The notes under the pieces are model-generated. The model worked only from the letters and a program-made list of their open reading frames with translations. It did no database searches and was not told where the DNA came from. From Azolla caroliniana (taxonomy: Eukaryota; Plantae; Polypodiophyta), in the NCBI GenBank assembly GCA_043228905.1, contig JBHGNT010000633.1:1-18730 (forward strand): a stretch of 18,730 nucleotides of DNA. Direction: 5' to 3'. Positions 10,080-18,730 of this stretch are shown piece by piece (position 1 is the first letter of the stretch; every line of letters begins with the position of its first letter). The position numbers were made by a program, and so were the translations under genes.

Positions 10080-10929
10080 TGACTTGGGGCATGCATCAAG
10101 CCGTAAGATTCTTCTTGACTCAACAAACTAGACGTTCTTGGCTGGGTATCACGGAGCCTTTCAACTATTCCATATAAATTTCCTCCTCTAGATCACCATG
10201 GAGGAAGGCCATCTTGACATCTAAATCTTTAGCGATTACAACGCTGAGCAAAAGTCGACGCCATATTCTGGTCAGAAACCCTTTGCAACCAATCTGGGCT
10301 TTGAATTTAGAACTTGCCGAATTAGATGTCTCTTTTAGGCGCTAGACCCACTTGCACAGAAGAGCACGTGAGTTTTCCGGCAATTCGACGAAGTCCCATG
10401 TCTGATTATGTCGAATGGAGTTCATTTCGGACTCCATAGCTAGATGCCAATTGGCCGAATCGACACATGTTGACGATTCTTCATACGACGTCGGCTCACC
10501 GACATCCATGAAAAAGAGTCCAAAAGAGTATCTCTCTGGAGGCCGAGACAATCGTTCGGATCTGCGTGGGATGACTAAGCTCACTAGATCATCACTGATG
10601 ATCATTTCCTCGGTTATTGTACCCGATTCACCATGTGGACAACTCCTTAACCTTCTCTCTAAGATAACTTGTTTAGGAGTATTGACAACTACCATATTGT
10701 GTTCCATGCAGGCCACTTGCCAGGTGGCCACTCTCGTGTTTTAGATTGGGCCATCGAGAAGAGTTGGAACATTCGGAAAGGATACTCTTCTAACTTCAGT
10801 CGGCCTTTTCGGCTGCCTTGTGCATTGTTGACTCATTGAAAACAACATTCAGACGACTTGTCTGTTTTTAGGATCCCAGAGTCGGGAGCCAAAGTTGTCA
10901 TCTGGTTCGTAACCAAGGAAAATGCATTT
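10080..10929 (-). pseudogene. Old Copia C pol fragment (integrase C-terminus to RT), target of Copia A
   Basis: KCIFLGY..RLWDP; RRSER; EPTSYEE; AMESEMNSI..NQTWDFVELP..CKWV; DVKMAFLHGDLEEEIYME; many stops and indels. Confidence 0.9.
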
Positions 10930-11031
10930 CCAAAAGTCATCCAAGGCATTAACGTACCCTTGTAGCTCATATTCTGACTTTGAGAGTAAAACTCCATCGT
11001 TTGCATGGAGCAAGAGAGTACCCCTTAGGAC
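10930..11031 (-). pseudogene. LINE RT fragment, downstream half (split by Copia D)
   Basis: VLRGTLLLHANDGVLLSKSEYELQGYVNALDDF resembles LINE LLYADD.VL.S....LQ..L..L..F; HAND at 10996-11007. Confidence 0.75.
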
Positions 11032-11376
11032 TGTTGGCATAAAAGGTTGATTCCTTCCAACTTGTATCCGTTCGAGTGTGAACTTGTCCACATAGTTAGG
11101 GCTTAGTATATAAGCAATAACCTAACGTTGTAAAGGCGAACTCGTCCACATAGTTAGGGCTTAGTATATAAGCAATAACCTAACGTTGTAAAGGCGAACA
11201 AAAACACTTTGTATCAAGTCTCTGAGTGAGAGAGAGAGAGAACATAATAAAGCTTTCCATTAAAGCTCGTTTTTGTGTAAGTCTCTACCTTCCTCCCTTT
11301 CTGTGTTGTTTTCGGAGTCAGCAAATAGGTTGTCATACGCTTCCGCATACGCACACACCTACCAACAACTTCCACA
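11032..11376 (+). repeat. 5' LTR of Copia D (345 bp) with an internal 58-bp tandem duplication
   Basis: TGTTGG...CCACA; roughly 90-93% identical by eye to 16980-17270 outside the duplication. Confidence 0.95.
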
Positions 11377-11378
11377 AC

Positions 11379-11390
11379 TGGTATCAAAGC
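11379..11390 (+). promoter_or_regulatory. PBS (tRNA-iMet) of Copia D
   Basis: TGGTATCAAAGC, one mismatch to TGGTATCAGAGC, 2 nt after the LTR. Confidence 0.9.
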
Positions 11391-11478
11391 AACCTTGCTA
11401 TTCGGCAGCAACAAACAACAGAAGAAGCTCAAAAGAAAAAGACGAGGTTAGTAAAAATCTCACTTTTCATAGAAGAAT

Positions 11479-14073
11479 ATGGCTTCAACATCCGGAATAG
11501 GAGTTGAAATCAAAAAGTTCGATGGCAAAAAATTTGCACTTTGGAAGGAGATGATGTAGGATGTTTTGATCATCAGAAGACAAGTCGAAGCTATTCGACA
11601 CAGCGAAAAACCTGCTTCGATGACAGCCGAAGAGTGGAAATCGATGGACGAAATTGCATGCTCCACCATCTGAATGCATCTGGCCGAAAACATCTACTTC
11701 AGCATGGCAAAAGAGACGACAATGTTCTCACTGTGGGAAAAGTTACAAGCCATGTACGAGAAGTCATCATCTTCGAAACTGATTTTGATGAAACAACTTT
11801 TCAATATAAAGATGAGAGAAACCAATCCGGCTACCTCCCACATCAACACCTTCAGCTGGGTGTTGTCAAAACTCTCTTCACAAGGGATCAACTTCAAAGA
11901 AGAAGTGAAAGCCCTTGCCCTCTTATCGAGCTTGCCGGCGAGTTGTGAGGTTTTGTGCACGACATACGCCAATAGTCGACCGATCCTAAATTTGGATGAG
12001 ATGATCGGCCAAGTCCTCACCGAGGACATTCGGAGAAAATCGATGGGACTTACCATCGATGAATTGGCAGAAGCCCATCACTCGACCGACCAAGTCGTAC
12101 AAGAGAACAAGCCGATAGAACCAGTAGGAATACCAACCGATCAAAAACGAGGGGAGACTGACAACTGTTGAAGTCGAGAACGGGCCGATCAAGCGAATTC
12201 TGCACACACTACAGAAAAACTGGCCACAATGTTTTCAATTGTTGGTCAATCAAGAGGAAAGAGAGTGGTCGGCAATCCGAGTGGAATCGAGGACAACCCG
12301 ACTCGGACCACTCTCCAGTCGGCAACCAAATCAACATTGCTGAGTCCCGATCAGGAGAAGTTATGTCCTTAGAGCATTCAGTGATCGGTGAAGTCCTCTA
12401 CAGTGCACAGGATGCACACACGTGGCTACTGGATTCCGGTGCCACATTCCATGTGACCCCCAAAATTGAATGGTTTTCAGACTATTCAACCGATGCCAGC
12501 GGCACAGTTCGTCTAGGCAACGGGCAAGAGTGTAGAATTGCAGGGACCAGAGAGGTTCCCATATGATTGCCAAATGGCAACACAATAACCCTGCACCGAG
12601 TTCGGCATGTACTTGATCTGAAAAGGAGTCTGGTCTTCATCGGCATGCTAGCCGAAGACGGGTACAAAACGACTCTAAGTGAGTCAGTATGGATGATCAA
12701 TCGAGGAAACCTGAAGATAGGAGGTGGGCACAAGTACAACAACTTGTATCCATTAATGGCGATCAATCCAGAATGGGCCGTGAACTTAGCCGAAAAGACC
12801 GACCCAAACTTATGGCATGGCCGATTCATTCACATGTCTCAAGCCGGACTTGATCTGCTGATGGTGGTAGGCTACATCCCGAAACTCCAAGCAAAGACGA
12901 ACTTCTGTGAGCATTGTCAATATGGGAAATAGACCCGAAGTCCGCACACTCTCTAGTACGGGATGGTACGACAACCCCTAGAGCTCATGCACACATATAT
13001 ATGTGGGCCCATTCCAGAGCGATCACTAGGAGGCTCCCGGTACTTCATCACCTTTGTAGATTACTGTACATGGAAGGTCTGGGCCTACTCGATCAGGTCC
13101 AAAGACGACGCGCTCAAGGTCTTCACTCGGTGGATATTTGAAGTGGAGAACCAGTCGGGACACAAAGTGAAGACACTGACATCCGACAATGGAGGTGAGT
13201 ACACCTCCAGAGCCTTCAAACAGTACCTGTCCAACAAAGGGATCCGACATCAAAAGACCGTTCCCTACACACCCATGCAAAATGGAGTGGCAGAACGGAT
13301 CAACAAAATGATCCAGGAGAGGGTGACGGTAATGCTTCAGCAAGCCGGACTGAAGCTGGAATTCTACGCAGAAGCATTGCAGACGGTAGTATACCTAATA
13401 AATCTGGTGCCGTCAAGAGCAATTAGGCTCGAAGTGCCACAGGCACTATGGTCAGGCAAACAACCAACCTACGATAGGCTCTATATATTCGGATGTGAAG
13501 CCTATGCGTTCATCCCCAGGTATAAAAGGACAAAATTGACACCCCATGCAACGAAATGCATATTTCTCGGTTATGGAATCGATGGGGAATTCGGATACAA
13601 GCTATGGGACCCTTAGAACCGGAAACTGATCCAGAGCAATGACATAGTCTTCAATGAAGACTCTATCTTCTCTCAGTGGAACGAACAGAAAACAGTTGGT
13701 AAAAAGGTATCCTTCCAAGATGACAAAGATGTCGTAGAAGGACCGACTCACCGGGCCAACTCAGAGATTCGACAAACAGTTGAACTTGAACAAGCTGACA
13801 ACATACCTGCTAACTCTGAATCGGTAGGAAGTCCATTAGTTGAACTCGAAGACAAATCCATCAATGACAGAGCCAATTCGACAAGAGTTAAAGCAGGCAA
13901 AGTCAACAAGATGCAAGTAGGAAACAGAACCTAGGGGAGGACAACGTGACACCACCGAAATACCGACTTGGGGGCGGGTCACCTAACAAGACTCCTGACA
14001 CAAATGGTTCAACAAATACCGATCGCCCAACCGAGTCGATCGAACAATCCGAACCACTTATCTCGGCACCTAG
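11479..14073 (+). pseudogene. Copia D gag, protease, integrase and linker
   Basis: MASTSGIGVEIKKFDG.NFALWK; LWEKLQAMYEK; ALALLSSLP; decayed knuckle CTHYRKTGH...C; WLLDSGATFHVT; LWHGR..H..CEHC; SDNGGEY; TPMQNGVAER; KCIFLGY; multiple stops and frameshifts. Confidence 0.95.
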
Positions 14074-14223
14074 TCTCATAGACATATGCCATAAAGGAAG
14101 GTAGGGATTGAACCCAAGACCTCATGGTCTCTATTGGGCAAACCCTTTGTATTTAATTCAACTTCATATAGTGTAGATTGAACATTGGAAGTTCCTAGCT
14201 TACATGCATTCTCATTCTCTAGC

Positions 14224-14300
14224 TTGCATGCATCCTCATGCATTCTCTATTGCATGCATCCTCATGCGTACTCTATTGCATGCATCCTCATGCACTCTAT
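14224..14300 (+). repeat. ~3 x 26-bp tandem repeat in U3 of the E LTR
   Basis: TTGCATGCATCCTCATGC..CTCTA at 14224, 14250 and 14276. Confidence 0.85.
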
Positions 14301-14380
14301 TTCTAGCTGGCTTACATAGCCCTACCCTCTTGTATAAATACTCATGTGCACCTTGATTCTAATCAAGGTGAACAAACTGT

Positions 14381-15095
14381 CATGGACACGCTTCTCTCTG
14401 GGCCAGCGCAAGCATGGTTTGCACCCTTGATCGAGACCTTATCCCCTCTCTTGGAGGACTTCACCGCTTTCATGGAGGAGCTCGAAGTGACATTTGGTGA
14501 GATAGATCGGCGACGAATGGCACTCACAAAGCTTTATTCTATCCAATAAGGTTCATGCCCTGCCTCGATCTATGCCTCAGAGTTCCGCCAGATTGCCTGT
14601 GATGTTAGTTGGGATGACCAAGCCCTATGCGACCATTTCCGTCGTGGTCTCCGAAATGACGTCAAGACTCTTCTCTTAAACTTCCCGGAGCCCACGTCGT
14701 TGTCTCAGGTAATCTCCCAAGCTGTCCAGTGTGGCAATCGTCTTTTCGAACTTCGTCAAGAAGAACAGGGGACTCGCGGGTCTCAGGCTTCTTCTCGGAA
14801 CGCAACAATCACCAGGCCCTACTTGTCGCCCATGCCAACCTTACCATCAGCCAATGAAAACCATACCACAATGGAGGTCGATTCCCATACCCCGATGGAG
14901 ATCGACCATGCTCGGTTCCAACCACTAACTGAAGCCCAACGCCAACATTGTCGGGACGATGGACTCTGTCTCTATTGTGGCAACCCCGGCCATGTCATCC
15001 GCCACTGCTCTGTGCGAGGCCCTCGACACCAATTCCATCATGCACGTCTTGTGGAGGTTCCTCGACAACAGGAAAACGACCAAGTCTGGTTGTAG
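14381..15095 (+). pseudogene. Gypsy E gag, 5'-truncated
   Basis: TLLSGPAQAWFAPL; Q*GSCPASIYASEFRQIA..W..QAL..HFRRGL; PMEID; CLYCGNPGHVIRHC. Confidence 0.9.
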
Positions 15096-15820
15096 TAGGA
15101 GCCATGCCGCTGGACGCTTCCCGTTACTCACCTTCTCCATGCTCCTACAAGTCCGAACTGCCATTAGGAGGGTTTTCTTTGCAAGTAAGTCTTTGTTTTA
15201 GTTCGACTTCAATACATTCTCATGCCTTGCTCGACTCCGGAGCATCTACTTGCTTTATCGATAAATCTTTTGTATGCGCACATAATATCCCCACCATCCA
15301 CACATCACAACCCATATCCGTTGAAGCGATCGACAGTCAGGTTCTCTCATCGGGGGCGGTTACCGAAGCCACTATCCCGTTGGTACTTCAAATCGGGGCA
15401 CACTAGGAGGAACTGACGTTCTACCTCATCGCGACCCCTCGACATCCAATTGTGTTGGGGCTATCTTGGTTGGAGACACACAATCCAACGGTGGATTGGT
15501 GTAGCCGCTCCATCACTTTTCCAACAACGCCAATTCCTGCTCGGTCACGACACTCTCTTGATTCTGTTGCGGTCGAGTCCGGTTTGGTCGCTACATTGGC
15601 CATTGTGTCGGGGAACGTCACCGTTCCTGTCACCAATTTACCCATCCAATATAGCAACTTCTCCGACATCTTCAAAAAGAGGAATGCCGATTGATTACCG
15701 GCTCATCGCCCCTACAATTGCCCAATAGAACTCCAAGCTGGCGAGCATCCCCCATTTGGTCCTATCTATGGGTTATCCAACCCAAAACTTGAGGCTCTCT
15801 ACACGTATTTGGCTGAGAAT
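15071..15820 (+). pseudogene. Gypsy E pol start (aspartic protease and pre-RT), in -1 frame to gag
   Basis: ALLDSGASTCFID; IVLGLSWLETHNPTVDW; LPAHRPYNCPIEL..PPFGPIYGLS..L..YLAEN. Confidence 0.9.
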
Positions 15821-16781
15821 TAGGTACCTAAGAGGGACCGAAGATACACAACTGACTTTCAGTTTGACAACCTCAACCGAAGTTGAAGGATACACCAATT
15901 CCGACTATGCTAGAAATACAGATAATCGGAAATCGACATCAGACTATATCTTCACCTATGGTGGTGTCACGGACAAGTAGATGAGGCTCAATACTAAGAG
16001 AGTGAGAGAGAGATCATAGACAAGATAATAAGAAAGAGAGAGAGAAAGTAATCAAGAGAATAAGAACTGAATTATGATTCCGTAACTAGTGTTGTTCACC
16101 TTGACGAAGGCCAAGGTGAACCCATGTATTTATACATGTTTATGGGCTCTAAATGTAGCCCCATGCAAATACTCATTTTCATGCACAAGCTTCTAGAATG
16201 TTCTAGTTTCTAGAGCTTTCTAGAAGCTTCTAAAATCCTACATGTAGAATAGATAATCTACAATAATCTAGTAAGGTAACATGATTATGTATTGGATGTA
16301 TTGGTTAAAACATATCAATTAAATATAGTAGGTCAAGAGTTCGAATCATGAGATGATTGTTGTCATGTCCATGACAAGTGGTGGTGCAATATCATGGAGG
16401 TCGAAACTTCAAGAGTTTACGACTTTGTCTACCACAAAAGCCAAGTACATAGCGACATCGGAAGCAACAAAGGAAGCGATATGGTTGCATCGACTGTCTA
16501 CTGACTTCTCAGATACAAGCAGAAATGACCGGTTATCGCCAACCATCCATTGCGACTCCCAGAGCGCAATACACCTCATCAACAATTCCGTCTACCATGC
16601 AAAGACGAAGCACATTGAGGTGCGGTATCATCACATCCGGGAGCTCGTAACCGAGAAGAAGCTCTAAGTTCGGAAAATCGACACTAATGTGAACATCGTT
16701 GATTGCTTGACGAAGCCACTCCCAGATCTACGCTTCGGAGCACTAAGGACGAAGATGGGACTACGACAAGAGACCAAGTAG
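15821..16781 (+). pseudogene. Copia D RT tail and RNase H, split by solo LTR F
   Basis: RYLRGT..EGYTNSDYA...RKSTSDYIFTYG|GGAISWRSKLQ..LSTTKAKY..CDSQSAI..HAKTKHIEVRYHHIRE..DCLTK. Confidence 0.92.
15965..16376 (-). mobile_element. Solo LTR F (412 bp), related to the E LTR
   Basis: Ends TGTCACGGACA / TGTCCATGACA (11-bp imperfect inverted repeat); TSD GGTGG/AGTGG; removal restores YGGGAISW; minus-strand TATAAATA at ~16127-16134. Confidence 0.92.
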
Positions 16782-16965
16782 AAGAAAGCCGAATGAGGGA
16801 TAGTAGGTAAGACCTAATCGGAACAACTATATCTACACTTACTATACCTCTGCCGATTCGGCCGCATGCCGACTGACTTGTAATGTAAATTTAGGATAAT
16901 CTTGTAATCTAGATTTACGGGGGAGATAACCCCAAACATTTGTATACGAAAGAAAGAGTAGTCCT

Positions 16966-16977
16966 TTTACGGGGGAG
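16966..16977 (+). promoter_or_regulatory. PPT region of Copia D
   Basis: TTTACGGGGGAG, 2 nt before the 3' LTR. Confidence 0.85.
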
Positions 16978-16979
16978 TT

Positions 16980-17270
16980 TGTTGGCTGGCATAAAAGGCC
17001 GACTCCTTCCAACTTGTATCTGTCTGAGTGTGAACTCGTCCACATAGTTAGGGATTAGTATATAAGCAATAACCTAACGTTGTAAAGGCGAACAAAAACA
17101 CATTGTATCAAGTCTCTGCGTGTGTGTGTGAGAGAGAATGTAATAAAGCTTTCCATTAAAGCTCATTTCTGTGTAAGTCTCTGCCTTCCTCCCTTTCTGT
17201 GTTGTTTTCGGAGTCAGCAAATAGGTTCTCATACGCTTCTGCATATGCACACACCTACCAACTTTCCACA
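16980..17270 (+). repeat. 3' LTR of Copia D (291 bp)
   Basis: TGTTGG...CCACA followed by TSD AGGAC. Confidence 0.95.
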
Positions 17271-17475
17271 AGGACTACTCCATTGCCTCCCTTAGGAGCA
17301 ATAAAATCAATAATCTCATCAATGTAGATCCCAAAAAGAGTCGGTGATGATAGGGGACAACCTTGTTTTACATAAATGGTGCTAGTGAAGCAGTTGGATA
17401 GGCGAGTGCAAACATCGTACAAGTCTCATATAATTTAGTGTAGATGGCCCAAAATCATGTCATCTGGTATCTTCG
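17271..17475 (-). pseudogene. LINE RT fragment, upstream half
   Basis: ...FTSTIYVKQGCPLSSPTLFGIYIDEII...GGNGVVL, the LINE G.KQGCPLSP.LF motif; joins 11031 in frame across the TSD. Confidence 0.85.
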
Positions 17476-17697
17476 AACTTTTAAGCCTATCAAACAAGCT
17501 CTCTCTAGGGACGGACGGCTTGTGTTCAGAGCTATGCAGAAGTCTTGCGAGCCTTGGTCTGGTCAATTAAGCATCCCAAGTAAGAAGAGAGACATGAATC
17601 AGAGCGATCCCATAATAATAATAAGAGAAGCCCCCCCAGAGCAAGAAAAAGAAGGAGCAGGGTTTAAAAAGAGTGAAGAAAGAACCATAACTAAATA

Positions 17698-17706
17698 AAA
17701 CCCTAA
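17698..17706 (+). promoter_or_regulatory. Telo-box upstream of the RRM gene
   Basis: AAACCCTAA, with a partial second copy just downstream, ~130 bp before the ATG; GA repeat at ~17754-17768. Confidence 0.6.
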
Positions 17707-17834
17707 ATAAAACCCTCAAACTCTTCTCTACACACAGACATACTCAGACAGACAGAGAGAGAGAGAGACATACTCAGAAGTACTCAGAGACAGAAAGGAA
17801 GAACCACAGACAGAGAGACAGACAAACGGACGCC

Positions 17835-18730
17835 ATGGCTCGTCATCAAGCTTCTTCTCTCCTCAAGGGCCTCACCCTCCTCTCCCCGTCTTATTCCTCC
17901 TCCTCCTCCTCCTCTCCTTCTTCTCCTTCCTTATTGCCTTCTTTCTACTCCTTGATCTCTTCCAGAGCCATGTCCCGCCTCTTCGTCGGTGGCCTCTCCT
18001 TCACAACCGAAGAGGAAGGCCTGCGCACCGCCTTCAGCAAATTCGGAGAGGTGATCGACGCGAAGGTAGTGAAAGATCGAGAAACTGGAAGATCCAGAGG
18101 CTTCGGATTCGTGACGTTCATGGAGGACAAAGAGGCGGAGGAGGCGATGAACAAGATGAGTGGCCAATTCTTGGACGGGCGGGTTGTGCGCGTAGACAAG
18201 GCGGCGGCCCGCCCGCCCCCTCCGCCGCGTCCCCCCATGAATCTATCAGTCGATAACATGAACAGCAGTATGGGCGAACCCCCTGTGGCAGAAGATTGGG
18301 GAAGTATACCTTCCACCATGGCTGCAGTCCCACAAAACCTCGGTTTGTACGCATCCACAACATCCTCACCCTCACCCTCTGGGCCTGGACATGATGCTGC
18401 CTCAGCTTTGCCAGACTTGAGCACCTTAACATCGTCAGGTTTTCCAAGTAATGGCACTGGCGGCGGAGGAGTAGGAGGATCCGCCATCTCTAATAGCGGG
18501 ATTAGTCTCAATGATTCTTCGTCTTTCCCCAATAGTAGCACTAGTAACAATAGTCTGGGGTTTTCAAGTAATGACACTAGTAGAGGTAATCTTCCTTTCT
18601 CAACTACTAATGTTAACAGCAGTGGTTCATCCCCTTCTACGTTTAGTTTTGATCCTTCACCTCCCACAAAAGCTTCTACTAAGGACACTGGTCCAAGCTT
18701 TGGATTCATTGATTTGGACTTGAGCAACTT
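17835..18730 (+). CDS. RRM RNA-binding protein (GR-RBP/ORRM-like), probable organellar transit peptide, Ser/Pro/Gly-rich tail; 3'-partial
   Basis: GCC-ATG-G start; MARHQASSLLKGL..Ser-rich..SRAMSR, RNP2 LFVGGL (17979), RNP1 RGFGFVTF (18096), LDGRVVRVDKA; open to the window edge, so absent from the ORF track. Confidence 0.9.
   Translation, partial: MARHQASSLLKGLTLLSPSYSSSSSSSPSSPSLLPSFYSLISSRAMSRLFVGGLSFTTEEEGLRTAFSKFGEVIDAKVVKDRETGRSRGFGFVTFMEDKEAEEAMNKMSGQFLDGRVVRVDKAAARPPPPPRPPMNLSVDNMNSSMGEPPVAEDWGSIPSTMAAVPQNLGLYASTTSSPSPSGPGHDAASALPDLSTLTSSGFPSNGTGGGGVGGSAISNSGISLNDSSSFPNSSTSNNSLGFSSNDTSRGNLPFSTTNVNSSGSSPSTFSFDPSPPTKASTKDTGPSFGFIDLDLSN

Larger units (their letters stand above)
14074..15820 (+). 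mobile_element. Truncated Ty3/Gypsy (chromovirus, Tcn1-like) element E
   Basis: Partial LTR starting TCTCATAGACAT (cf. TGTCATGGACAT), TATAAATA at ~14333, then gag, protease and start of RT; ends in a deletion junction with Copia D. Confidence 0.85.
11032..17270 (+). mobile_element. Ty1/Copia LTR retrotransposon D with both LTRs; most of RT deleted; hosts E and F
   Basis: LTR pair, perfect 5-bp TSD AGGAC (11027-11031 and 17271-17275), PBS, PPT, gag-PR-IN and RNase H. Confidence 0.95.

Noticed and set aside
16293-16350. Functional tRNA gene
   Set aside because: No acceptor stem or intact cloverleaf; kept only as a tRNA-like promoter finding
17945-18727. 260-aa minus-strand ORF
   Set aside because: Antisense shadow of the plus-strand RRM gene; no recognisable domain

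Overview
Land-plant nuclear DNA made almost entirely of nested, decayed retrotransposons (a non-seed plant such as a fern is my inference from the TE families), ending in the 5' part of an intronless RRM RNA-binding protein gene (17835 to the window end). Reconstructed nesting: an old minus-strand LINE RT fragment is joined to an old Copia (C). Copia D (11032-17270, both LTRs, TSD AGGAC) inserted into the LINE. D carries a truncated chromovirus-type Gypsy (E) and a related solo LTR (F). Copia A (1643-10079) inserted into C, and A is itself interrupted by another LTR element (B) in gag and by a 3.8-kb Penelope-like retroelement (PLE) in RT. The PLE is the most unusual object: an upstream Pro-rich ORF, an RT that stops with no C-terminal GIY-YIG endonuclease, ~1-kb inverted pseudo-LTRs each carrying a TATA box and a degenerate minimal hammerhead ribozyme, and no convincing TSD but a small target deletion. 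The E/F LTRs share an antisense tRNA-like Pol III box and a conserved post-TATA hairpin. All coordinates and translations were derived by hand; no database searches were run.
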